Positions 1 through 7,269 of a stretch of DNA of 42,547 bases are shown here, one piece after another. The notes beneath the pieces were generated by a model. That model worked only from the letters and a program-made list of their open reading frames with translations. It ran no database searches and had not been told where the DNA came from. This DNA comes from a virus (lineage: Duplodnaviria > Caudoviricetes), in the IMG/VR virus record IMGVR_UViG_3300037463_000059, positions 1 to 42,547 of that record; one strand, written 5' to 3'. Within the stretch, counting starts at the first letter, position 1. Every line of letters begins with the position of its first letter. A program made the position numbers and the translations under genes.

Positions 1-125
1 GCCGTCGCCGACGCCGTAGCCGTCGCCGACGCCGTAGCCGTCGCCGACGCCGTAGCCGTCGCCGACGCCGTAGCCGTCGCCGACGCCGTAGCCGTCGCCG
101 ACGCCGTAGCCGTCGCCGACGCCGT
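1..125. repeat. Perfect 18-bp tandem repeat GCCGTCGCCGACGCCGTA (6 full copies plus 17 bp, truncated by window edge)
   Basis: Directly visible; on the minus strand it encodes (GVGDGY)n. Confidence 0.98.
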
Positions 126-309
126 CCAACTGGCCCGCCTTCAGGACGAAGGTCCGTTCGCCGTCGTTGGCGGCGAGGCGGAGCGCCTGCGAAACGGGAA
201 TGGCGGCGGCGACCTTGGACCCAAGCCGCTGGACCCTTTTGCCGACGCCGTCGACGCAGGCGCCGCCGAGCCGGATCAGGTCGTCCGCGGTGATTACCGG
301 CTCTGCCAT
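1..309 (-). CDS. Gly/Asp/Tyr-repeat phage protein (3' end outside window)
   Basis: ATG at 309, own translation MAEPVITADDLIRLGGACVDGV...GQLDGVGDGYGVGDGY...; overlaps stop of upstream gene; absent from ORF track because no stop lies in the window. Confidence 0.8.
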   Translation of the reverse strand, partial: MAEPVITADDLIRLGGACVDGVGKRVQRLGSKVAAAIPVSQALRLAANDGERTFVLKAGQLDGVGDGYGVGDGYGVGDGYGVGDGYGVGDGYGVGDGYGVGDG

Positions 310-563
310 TTTGCCCACGCCTCGTCGGAGATCGAGAACACGGCCGTGACGTCGTGAAGCATGGGGATGTCGGCGGGCGCGCTGATCTTGCTGCTGGCGG
401 TCGGGCCCGTCTCGCACAGCTGCATCAGCCCCTTGGTGGTGCCCCATCGGATCGCCATTCGGGCGTTTTTGAGCGGCATCGCGGTTGCCGTCAGATCCTG
501 ATCGTCTTCGATTTCCCCGCCGAAGACGCCGCGATGCTTGGTGGTGACGAGAACCTTCTTCAT
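294..563 (-). CDS. DUF6948-like small phage protein (89 aa)
   Basis: GGAG RBS before ATG 563; MKKVLVTTKHRGVFGGE...LKNARMAIRW...GLMQLCETG resembles the family typically found next to GDGYG-repeat genes. Confidence 0.8.
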   Translation of the reverse strand: MKKVLVTTKHRGVFGGEIEDDQDLTATAMPLKNARMAIRWGTTKGLMQLCETGPTASSKISAPADIPMLHDVTAVFSISDEAWAKWQSR

Positions 564-642
564 GGAACGCTCCTGGTGGAGGGAGGACGGGCGGCGGCGC
601 CGCCCGGCTGGCGCGGGAATGCGCCGAACGGGGGTTGCTGGG

Positions 643-2934
643 TCACGCCGCTTCCTGCTCGGCCTCGGCGGTGCCGGCATTGGCGCGGACGAGGGCCTCG
701 GCCATGGGCGGGCAGACGCTGTTGCCGATCATCCGGATCTGCGCGGTCTTGGTCAGCGGCTTGCCGTTGACGACGGGATCGAGGACGTAGCTGTCGGGGA
801 AGCCCTGGGCGCGGGCGAGCTCGCGGGGGGTCAGCATGCGCATGCCGATGTCGGCGATGACATATTCCTCCCCGTGGATGGTGACCGTGACGAGGCCGAA
901 GCGGTCTTTGGTCGGCGCGGTATGGAGGGGCTGGTCGACCCGATGGCCGCTATCCTCGTTGCCATAATATTTGACGAGGAATGCCGAGACCTCGGCGAAG
1001 TGGGTTCCGCCGGCCGAGACCGTATGCAACGGCTCGTCGACCGGCTGGCCGTCGCGGCTGGTGCCGCGAAGCTTGACGAGGCTGGTCGCCGCCAGGCGCT
1101 GGGTGCAGCCCTTGCCGACGATGGTCGAGAGCGGCCGCTCGATCGGGTGGCCGATCATCCCTGTGTTGGCCTGCTCGATATGGGCGCAGACGAGGCTGTG
1201 CTTGGCGCGGCCCTCGACCGTCTGGACCGGATTGTCGGCCCCGGTCGGGGCGTTGCCGCTGGCGAACTTTGCGAGGAAGGCCGTCACCAGCCCCTGCTTG
1301 CACCCTCCGGCGACGGCGGTTCCGCAGGGCAGGTTGAGGTCGAGGACTCGCGGCGACTGGCCCTGCCGCTCGCCGTAGCTGAGCTGGATCAACATTGCGG
1401 CCAGGAGCCCGAACTTGTTGGCCTGAGTCGTCGCCGTGTGAAGCGGAACGGTCACCGCCTGCGCCGGGTTCGGCCCGAAATTGTTCTTGACCAAAGTGAC
1501 GGCGACCAGCTGCTGCTGACGGCCGCTGGCGGTGAGCGTCGAGACCGGGCTCGGCAGCGGGTGTCCGACCTTGCCGCCATTATGCTGGGCCATGTAGGCC
1601 GTGACGAGGCAGGCATCGGCCTTCGCCGTCGTGACCGGATAGGGGCCCTGCGGGTCGACCGGTCCGCTTTGGCCGCGCCTGCCGCCGCAGCCGACGATGG
1701 TAACCGCGATAAGCGCGCTGTCGCGGGTCGCGAGGACGGTCGGGAAGCTGTCCTCCGGGCCGTGATCGCCCTTGCCGCTTCGGTCGCGTTCGCCGTGGGC
1801 GGTGCGGGCGAACAGCGGCGCCTGAAGGGTCGCCGTCACCAGGCCGAGCGGGGTCGCGCCTCCTGGCCGCTTGATGAAGCTGTTGGCGGTGACGGTGTGG
1901 AGCGGCTCGTCGACGGCGTGACCGATCGCTCCGCCGCGGAACTTGGTGACGTGGGGGGCAACGATGGCCAGCTCGCCCCGGCTTGCGGTGGTGACCGTGC
2001 GGACCGGTTCGTCGGGCGAATGGACCCGGGAATCGCCCCCGCTGTGCGTGATCGGCACGATGAACGGCCTCGGGTTGTTGACGACGAAGCGCATGATGCC
2101 GTGGGCAATCCGGCGGCAGGTCGCGTCCTTGAGCGGCCGGGCCCGCTCGAAGATGGAGGGGCAGGGGATCGACCAGTCGATGATCTCGGCGGCAGTCCGC
2201 CACGGCTTCAGCCGGCCGGAGACGACGTCGGGCGAGCCCGGCTTGCCGTGGGTGGGGGCCGGCCAGACGATCGGCTCGCCGTCGCAGCGCGCGACGATGA
2301 ACAGCCGCTTGCGCGAGGTCGGTGCGCCGTAGTCGCAGGCCTTCAATTCGCGGTCCTCGACCCGGTAGCCGAGCTTGCGGAGCGCGGCGACCCACAGCTC
2401 GAACGTCTCTCCGGTCGGTCGCCGCGCGGGCTTCTTCGCCCGCTTGAGCGCTGGCCGGTCGAGCTTCTCCGCGCAGCCGAGGTCGAGGGGCAGGGTCGCC
2501 GGCCTGGCGCCGCCGAGCGGCACGGGCTTGCCGTCCGGGCCGAGCGGGCCCCATGTTCGGAACTCCTCGACGTTCTCGAGCATGATCATGAGCGGCCTGA
2601 CCCGCTGGGCCCAGGTGACCACGACCCAGGCGAGATCGCGGATGTTCTTCTCGACCGGCTTGCCGCCCTTGGCCTTGGAGAAATGCTTGCAGTCGGGGCT
2701 GAACCAGGCGAGGGCGACCGGCCCGCCGCCATGCTCGGCGACGACCTCGCGCGGGTCGGCCTTCCACACCGACTGGCAATAATGATGGGTGCCCGGGTGG
2801 TTCGCCTCGTGCATCGCCACCGCCTCGGCGTCGTGGTTGATGGCGACATCGATGGCCCGCCCGAGGGCGGCCTCGATGCCGGTGGAAGCTCCGCCGCCGC
2901 CGGCGAAATTGTCGATGACGAGACCGCGCAGCAT
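643..2934 (-). CDS. DNA (cytosine-5) methyltransferase with long repetitive variable region
   Basis: Motif I DNFAGGGG, motif IV FSPDCKHFS, motif VI ENV, motif VIII RKRLF, motif IX RELARAQGFP, motif X IGNSV. Confidence 0.96.
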   Translation of the reverse strand: MLRGLVIDNFAGGGGASTGIEAALGRAIDVAINHDAEAVAMHEANHPGTHHYCQSVWKADPREVVAEHGGGPVALAWFSPDCKHFSKAKGGKPVEKNIRDLAWVVVTWAQRVRPLMIMLENVEEFRTWGPLGPDGKPVPLGGARPATLPLDLGCAEKLDRPALKRAKKPARRPTGETFELWVAALRKLGYRVEDRELKACDYGAPTSRKRLFIVARCDGEPIVWPAPTHGKPGSPDVVSGRLKPWRTAAEIIDWSIPCPSIFERARPLKDATCRRIAHGIMRFVVNNPRPFIVPITHSGGDSRVHSPDEPVRTVTTASRGELAIVAPHVTKFRGGAIGHAVDEPLHTVTANSFIKRPGGATPLGLVTATLQAPLFARTAHGERDRSGKGDHGPEDSFPTVLATRDSALIAVTIVGCGGRRGQSGPVDPQGPYPVTTAKADACLVTAYMAQHNGGKVGHPLPSPVSTLTASGRQQQLVAVTLVKNNFGPNPAQAVTVPLHTATTQANKFGLLAAMLIQLSYGERQGQSPRVLDLNLPCGTAVAGGCKQGLVTAFLAKFASGNAPTGADNPVQTVEGRAKHSLVCAHIEQANTGMIGHPIERPLSTIVGKGCTQRLAATSLVKLRGTSRDGQPVDEPLHTVSAGGTHFAEVSAFLVKYYGNEDSGHRVDQPLHTAPTKDRFGLVTVTIHGEEYVIADIGMRMLTPRELARAQGFPDSYVLDPVVNGKPLTKTAQIRMIGNSVCPPMAEALVRANAGTAEAEQEAA

Positions 2935-3092
2935 CAGACCAGATCCGGGACGAAGATGGCGATGAGGATGATGGCCAAGAGGAAGCAGGCGGCCGCGATC
3001 GCGCCGAGCGGGGCGTCGGGCTTCTGCGCCTCGGGCCGGGCAGGGAGGATCCGGCCGTGGTGCCGGCGCGGCGGTTCGGACCAGGCGTTCAT
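2934..3092 (-). CDS. Small membrane protein (52 aa)
   Basis: Own translation MNAWSEPP...LGAIAAACFLLAIILIAIFVPDLV; ATGA overlap upstream and TGATG overlap with the methyltransferase. Confidence 0.7.
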   Translation of the reverse strand: MNAWSEPPRRHHGRILPARPEAQKPDAPLGAIAAACFLLAIILIAIFVPDLV

Positions 3093-3358
3093 GACCTTTT
3101 CTCCAAAGTGGTACTTTGGAGAAGGTAGAAATCGGCGAACTCGGCTACCGAGGCCTTCCCGCTACGTACCTGATCTATGTGACCGAGCAGCTGCTCGAGA
3201 CCGGCCCTTGTGCCGCCGTGCGGGTCACGCCTTTGGTCCATGGCGTGCAGAGCGTGCTTCACCATGCCGCGCAGGTCGCAGCGCAAGCTCATCGCTCTTC
3301 CCCCGGCTGTCGGAGCAGAGGGCGCGCCAGTGGCCGCGCCGGCAGACGTTGCGTTCAT
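3089..3358 (-). CDS. Hypothetical phage protein (alternative start 3292)
   Basis: GGAGG RBS before ATG 3358; stop overlaps next start. Confidence 0.65.
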   Translation of the reverse strand: MNATSAGAATGAPSAPTAGGRAMSLRCDLRGMVKHALHAMDQRRDPHGGTRAGLEQLLGHIDQVRSGKASVAEFADFYLLQSTTLEKRS

Positions 3359-3371
3359 GCTTGACCTCCGG

Positions 3372-3413
3372 AAGAAAGGGCCCCGCCGCCCAAAGGGGAA
3401 AGGGCGGCGGGGC
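3372..3413 (-). terminator. Putative intrinsic terminator or attenuator in leftward early operon
   Basis: 12-bp stem GCCCCGCCGCCC (3380-3391) / GGGCGGCGGGGC (3402-3413) followed on the minus strand by CCTTTCTT. Confidence 0.55.
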
Positions 3414-3476
3414 AAGGGCCGGTCGCAGGGAGGAGCGACCGGGAAAGGCGAAGCCGAAGCGTGCTCCGATCCGCGT

Positions 3477-3947
3477 TCACGCCCTCGCTCCCTGCCCGGC
3501 GGGGGGAGCAGAGCGGAGCGCCCCCGGCGACGATGCGCCGAGCGCCGCTTCCCATACCTGGAGCGCCGCCCGGCTGGCCGGGGTGGCGAGGCGGCGGTCC
3601 TCGAGCCGGCGGAGCAGCCCGGCCAGGGTCAGGGCCCGGGCCTGACGCTCCTGGAGCGCGTTGAACCGCTTGACGTCGGCGCGGGCGGGGCGCCGCCGGC
3701 GGGAGATTCTTGCGTCGAGCTCGGCCATTTCGGCGCGCTCGGCCGGATCGAGCGGGGTGGGGTCGAGCAGCTTGTCCGCCGCCGCGCTGAGGTTGCCGCT
3801 CGCGGTGAACGGCTTGTCGGCGATCGCGATCGGGACGAGCCCGGCCTTGCCGGACGTCCCCAGGATGCGCACGGCGCGCGTCTCGCCGTCATAGCCGAAC
3901 AGCGCCCAGCTGCCGGGATTGGGGTAGGTTGCGGGGGTGTTCAGCAT
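3477..3947 (-). CDS. Hypothetical phage protein (156 aa)
   Basis: GGAGG RBS before ATG 3947 (MLNTPATYPNPGSW...); GC-rich third codon positions. Confidence 0.75.
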   Translation of the reverse strand: MLNTPATYPNPGSWALFGYDGETRAVRILGTSGKAGLVPIAIADKPFTASGNLSAAADKLLDPTPLDPAERAEMAELDARISRRRRPARADVKRFNALQERQARALTLAGLLRRLEDRRLATPASRAALQVWEAALGASSPGALRSAPPAGQGARA

Positions 3948-4327
3948 GGCGAACCCTCCCGTTTCCCGGCTATGCCATCGGCCGGAGCAGCGACAGGGAA
4001 GCCGCAATGGACGAGATCGAGATCTGGCCTCGCGGGGAAATAGACGTCGGGACGGGGGTCGTCGCGGGCGACAGGGTCGTTATGGTCAGATTGGTCGACC
4101 AATCGAGCGGCCGCGTCGTCTGCGTCGGCTTTCAGCATTTCGCCTTCGTGGCCGTCGCCGACCATCTCAAGATGGTCGCCGACGAGATCGCCGACGGGAT
4201 GCTGCCGGACTGATCCAGAGAAGCGCGTCATCCGTCGCCAGCAGCCCTTCTCGGCGCCACGCGGCGGGGGGTTGGGCGGGAGCGTCAGCCGGAAGGCCGG
4301 TAGAGGCGTGAAGGGGGTGGTGAGCAT
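3941..4327 (-). CDS. Possible first ORF of the PL transcript (antisense to 4007-4213)
   Basis: GGAGG RBS just downstream of PL and stop overlapping next start, but partly a same-register shadow of the plus-strand gene. Confidence 0.35.
   Translation of the reverse strand: MLTTPFTPLPAFRLTLPPNPPPRGAEKGCWRRMTRFSGSVRQHPVGDLVGDHLEMVGDGHEGEMLKADADDAAARLVDQSDHNDPVARDDPRPDVYFPARPDLDLVHCGFPVAAPADGIAGKREGSPC
4007..4213 (+). CDS. Small hypothetical protein (68 aa), antisense to the left operon
   Basis: ATG 4007 after AGGGA; MDEIEIWPRGEIDVG...KMVADEIADGMLPD with typical high-GC codon usage. Confidence 0.6.
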   Translation: MDEIEIWPRGEIDVGTGVVAGDRVVMVRLVDQSSGRVVCVGFQHFAFVAVADHLKMVADEIADGMLPD

Positions 4328-4355
4328 TCGCGGCCTCCGGGTGTTCGGAGGCGCT

Positions 4356-4408
4356 TGCTTACGTCACAGGTAAGTTCTCTGTCAAGCCAATCTTACGCGA
4401 GCCGTAAG
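4356..4408 (-). promoter_or_regulatory. PL promoter with two operators
   Basis: Minus-strand TTGACA (4380-4385), 18 nt, TAAGCA; palindromes CTTAC-N7-GTAAG at 4358-4374 and 4392-4408. Confidence 0.8.
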
Positions 4409-4421
4409 CATCGCCGGGCGG

Positions 4422-4802
4422 CTAGCCTAGGCACTCGTCCCGGGGGCGCGGCCAGAGCTTGCAGTCCCAAAGGGCGATCTCTTCGCGAAGCGGTGCCGGC
4501 GCCGAATAGTAGAAGGACATATCGTGCGGGTCGCGTTTGAGCTGATCCCGGCCAGAAACCCTGTCGGTATCGGCATAACCGAGGACGTGGCAGACTTCCC
4601 GTCCGGCGCAGGCCGTTCGCGACGCCGACGTCATTTCGGCGGGCGTCATCGAAGGCGGCATGCTCATCGCATAGGTGACCTGCGATACCCTGGAGAAGGC
4701 GACTCGGTCACCAGCGGCCGTCGTGAAGTCGGGAGCGGGGTCGCAGGCATGGAGGAGGAAAGCCAGCGCTGCGCAGAGCGTAGCCGCTCCTCCTCTCGTC
4801 AC
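4422..4802 (-). CDS. Lipoprotein co-transcribed with repressor (possible superinfection exclusion)
   Basis: Signal peptide with lipobox-like LHAC; GTGA overlap with repressor stop. Confidence 0.75.
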   Translation of the reverse strand: MTRGGAATLCAALAFLLHACDPAPDFTTAAGDRVAFSRVSQVTYAMSMPPSMTPAEMTSASRTACAGREVCHVLGYADTDRVSGRDQLKRDPHDMSFYYSAPAPLREEIALWDCKLWPRPRDECLG

Positions 4803-5125
4803 GCCGACCTCGGTTCCTCCGGGCGATAGCGAAGGATCGTCTCCGCGACCTCGCTGATCGCGCGGCGCTCGCGATCGTCCGCTTTGTCCAGCAGATCGTA
4901 GATCTGCGCGCCCTTGCCGGGATTGTGGCCGATCATAAGCCCGGGCTCAGTTCCGAGCGCCGCGGCCAGCGCCTCGATCATCTTCTGCGTATAGGCCATC
5001 TTGCCCGATTCGAGACGGCTGACGGTCGCCTCGGTCGTGCCGGCGCGTTCGGCCAGCTCGGCCTGCTTCAGGCCCCGGTACTGCCGCCATTCTCGGATGA
5101 AGTGGGAAACGCGCTTCTCGGTCAC
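4799..5125 (-). CDS. cI: CI-like XRE-family repressor without S24 peptidase domain (start uncertain, GTG 5125 or 5167)
   Basis: IREWRQYRGLKQAELAERAGTTEATVSRLESG HTH; divergent from cro. Confidence 0.9.
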   Translation of the reverse strand: MTEKRVSHFIREWRQYRGLKQAELAERAGTTEATVSRLESGKMAYTQKMIEALAAALGTEPGLMIGHNPGKGAQIYDLLDKADDRERRAISEVAETILRYRPEEPRSA

Positions 5126-5172
5126 GTCCGAGCTTATCCCACGCCGCTCGCTCGGGCTGAATGTCACGGGAG

Positions 5173-5213
5173 GTAAGTAGGGGTTGACTTGTAACTTACC
5201 GCTGGCGTAAGTC
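5173..5213 (+). promoter_or_regulatory. PR promoter with operator; cro probably leaderless
   Basis: TTGACT (5184-5189), 18 nt, TAAGTC; CTTAC-N7-GTAAG at 5195-5211; extra half-site GTAAG at 5173-5177; ATG 7 nt after the -10 with no RBS. Confidence 0.8.
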
Positions 5214-5219
5214 ATCGTC

Positions 5220-5699
5220 ATGACCCTCGATCAATATCTAACCCGGGAGGAAATCACGGCCCGCGAGTTCGCGGACCGGTGCGGACTCACCGAGGTTTCG
5301 ATCTCTCGAATCCGGCGCGGCCTCCAGAACATCAGCCGCGACGTCATCCGGAGGATCATCGCGGCTTCGGACGGCCAGGTCACGGCCGAGGGACTGGTCG
5401 GTCCCCTCGGGGAAACGATGTCTGAAGCTGATGCCGAAGATGTTCATGGCCCCTCGGTTAAATCCGAATGGCCGGTCCCGTCAGCAACTAAGGGCGGCCC
5501 GGATATTCCGTCCGAAACGGACCTAGACCGGGAGGCTGACAGCCCCCGCCCTTTTCCGAAGGGCGGCGAGGCTTCGCCGCCGACCTCTTCCTCGACGTGC
5601 CCTTCGTCCGTCGCGTCCGCGACGTCGAGCCCGCGCCCCTCTTCGCCTGGGCCGACCGTCATGCCGGGTGAGCGCACGGTCCTGGACGCGGCTCAGTGA
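5220..5699 (+). CDS. cro: Cro-like HTH protein with long low-complexity C-terminal extension
   Basis: MTLDQYL...FADRCGLTEVSISRIRRG...IIAASDGQVT, typical Cro/YdaS-like N-terminus. Confidence 0.88.
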   Translation: MTLDQYLTREEITAREFADRCGLTEVSISRIRRGLQNISRDVIRRIIAASDGQVTAEGLVGPLGETMSEADAEDVHGPSVKSEWPVPSATKGGPDIPSETDLDREADSPRPFPKGGEASPPTSSSTCPSSVASATSSPRPSSPGPTVMPGERTVLDAAQ

Positions 5700-5908
5700 C
5701 CGTCCCCGTCGCCCTCGATCGGCCCATGCCGACTGCGCCATTCGTCCAGGACGCGCTGGCCCCGGCGGACGTAGACGAGCAGGCTGTGGATCGACATCAC
5801 CCGGTCGACGACGACCTCGGTGCTTTCGTCGCGGACGTGAACGTCGTCGTTCCCGTCGATCTTGATGGTCGGTGCCTCGGGCAGGAAAACAGTCAGCTTG
5901 GATCGCAT
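5693..5908 (-). CDS. Small hypothetical protein (71 aa), paralog of 5912-6130
   Basis: Starts 3 nt after upstream stop; shares GQxxLDEWxxR..GP motif with its neighbour. Confidence 0.7.
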   Translation of the reverse strand: MRSKLTVFLPEAPTIKIDGNDDVHVRDESTEVVVDRVMSIHSLLVYVRRGQRVLDEWRSRHGPIEGDGDGH

Positions 5909-6289
5909 CGCTCAATTCTTTCGTCTGAGGGGGACCGGCCCGGTCGAGCGCGCGTCCCATTCGTCGAGCAGCTTCTGGCCGGCGGCGACCCACTTGCGGA
6001 AGACCGGGATCGGCATGCACCGCCGATCCTCTTCGCCGCCCCCGACCGGAGTGTAGAAGACCCGGCCGCCTTCCTCGCGGAAATCGGGGTCGGTATGGAC
6101 ATAGGCGATCAGCTCGTTCTTGCGCGGCATTTACGCTTCTCCATACCACGGAGAATCACCCGCGCCCCCGGGCGGCCCGCCCACATTAATCCGTTCCGGA
6201 CCTTTCTGGCAAATGAACGGCCGGGCGAAGCCGCTGAATTAACTTATGTTTACGGCGCGCCCTCTGCCCGCGACGGGGTGACGGTATGA
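5696..6289 (+). CDS. Possible pass-through ORF antisense to the paralog pair
   Basis: GTGA overlap with cro stop and ATGA overlap with next gene, but same-register shadow of two minus-strand genes. Confidence 0.3.
   Translation: MTVPVALDRPMPTAPFVQDALAPADVDEQAVDRHHPVDDDLGAFVADVNVVVPVDLDGRCLGQENSQLGSHRSILSSEGDRPGRARVPFVEQLLAGGDPLAEDRDRHAPPILFAAPDRSVEDPAAFLAEIGVGMDIGDQLVLARHLRFSIPRRITRAPGRPAHINPFRTFLANERPGEAAELTYVYGAPSARDGVTV
5912..6130 (-). CDS. Small hypothetical protein (72 aa), paralog of 5693-5908
   Basis: GGAG RBS 8 nt before ATG; AT-rich upstream region 6181-6260. Confidence 0.72.
   Translation of the reverse strand: MPRKNELIAYVHTDPDFREEGGRVFYTPVGGGEEDRRCMPIPVFRKWVAAGQKLLDEWDARSTGPVPLRRKN
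6239..6253. promoter_or_regulatory. Candidate CtrA-like box
   Basis: TTAA-cttatgt-TTAC, 7 of 8 match to TTAA-N7-TTAA; another TTAA at 6186-6189. Confidence 0.35.
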
Positions 6290-6456
6290 AGCCGTTCGCG
6301 GGCCGCCTGCTGACCAGCCGGGTCAGCCTCGACGCGGCCGGCGATCCCGTCGCCTGGATCGCGCTCGCCATCCACAAGGGAGGCCGTTCAGCGGCGCTCG
6401 CCGTGCCGACCTATTCGTGCCGGCCCGTGACCGAGGGAGGCCGGAATGGCGACTGA
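6286..6456 (+). CDS. Small hypothetical protein (56 aa)
   Basis: Own translation MKPFAGRLLTSRVSLDAAGDPVAWIALAIHK...; overlaps start of CII-like gene. Confidence 0.5.
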   Translation: MKPFAGRLLTSRVSLDAAGDPVAWIALAIHKGGRSAALAVPTYSCRPVTEGGRNGD

Positions 6457-6943
6457 GCGCAACATCGTCCACCCTCCCGCCCTTCAGGCGGGCAAGGCCG
6501 CGACCAAGGCGCTGATCCGGGCCGCCGGCGGGCAGGAGGAAGCGGCGCCGCTGACCGGCCGCTCGCAGCCCCGGCTCTCCTCCTATTGCGGGCCCAACAC
6601 CGACGCCTTCATCCCGGTCGACGCGGTCGCCGCGCTCGAGGCGGTGACCCACGGCCATCCCGGCCATCCCCACGTCACCCGCTGGCTCGCCCGCGAGGCG
6701 GGCTACGCGCTGCTGCCGCTGTCTCGCTTCCGGTCGGCCGCCACGGGCGAGCTCCACCGCGCGGTCGGGCGGGTCGCCAAGGAGGCCAATGACGTCGTCG
6801 CGACGACCTGCGAGGCGCTGGCCGACGGCAAGCTCGACAAGGCCGAGAGCCGCCGCAAGCGCATCATCCCCAATATCGACGAGGCGATCGACCGGCTGTG
6901 CGAGCTGCGCTGCCTGGTCGTCGAGATCGAGGAGGGGGCGTAA
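6446..6943 (+). CDS. CII-like phage regulatory protein
   Basis: GGAGG RBS; KALIRAAGGQEEAA...IPVDAVAALE...VAKEANDVV...ALADGKLD pattern; position after cro. Confidence 0.75.
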   Translation: MATERNIVHPPALQAGKAATKALIRAAGGQEEAAPLTGRSQPRLSSYCGPNTDAFIPVDAVAALEAVTHGHPGHPHVTRWLAREAGYALLPLSRFRSAATGELHRAVGRVAKEANDVVATTCEALADGKLDKAESRRKRIIPNIDEAIDRLCELRCLVVEIEEGA

Positions 6944-7269
6944 TGGCGGGGACCTATCACGGCCAGCCCGTCGGCGACGACGTTCCTCCGACGGTCCGGT
7001 CGCCCGACGCGGCCGAGATTTTCGGCCGGATGACCGCCGCCCAGCGGCTCGACCTCATCGGGTTGTACGAGCGCTGGCCGTGGCCCGCGGAGCTGCCCGT
7101 GGCGGAGCGGATCGGCGGCTTCAGCCAGGCTGGGCTTCTGGCCGAGGCTGCGGGCCCGAACGGTACGCGCCTGTGGAGGCTGACCGCGCTCGGCTACCGA
7201 GTGCTCGGCCATGCGCTGGAGTGGCGGGACGGGTTCGACAGGCTCAGGGCGGTGGGAGGGCAAGGCTGA
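6943..7269 (+). CDS. Hypothetical protein (possible winged helix)
   Basis: TAATG overlap and GGAGG RBS; GLL...WRLTALG wing-like motif. Confidence 0.7.
   Translation: MAGTYHGQPVGDDVPPTVRSPDAAEIFGRMTAAQRLDLIGLYERWPWPAELPVAERIGGFSQAGLLAEAAGPNGTRLWRLTALGYRVLGHALEWRDGFDRLRAVGGQG

Noticed and set aside
1-125. Repeat array as CRISPR
   Set aside because: Contiguous 18-bp units with no spacers, in frame within an ORF, no cas genes
538-3645. 1035-aa plus-strand ORF
   Set aside because: Antisense shadow of the C5 methyltransferase and neighbours; no motifs
5238-5677. Chained minus-strand ORFs 5444-5677 and 5238-5447
   Set aside because: No clear RBS or protein-like features; antisense to cro
6190-6232. 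Alphaproteobacterial LexA box (GTTC-N7-GTTC)
   Set aside because: GTTC and GAAC half-sites are present but spacing and second halves do not fit
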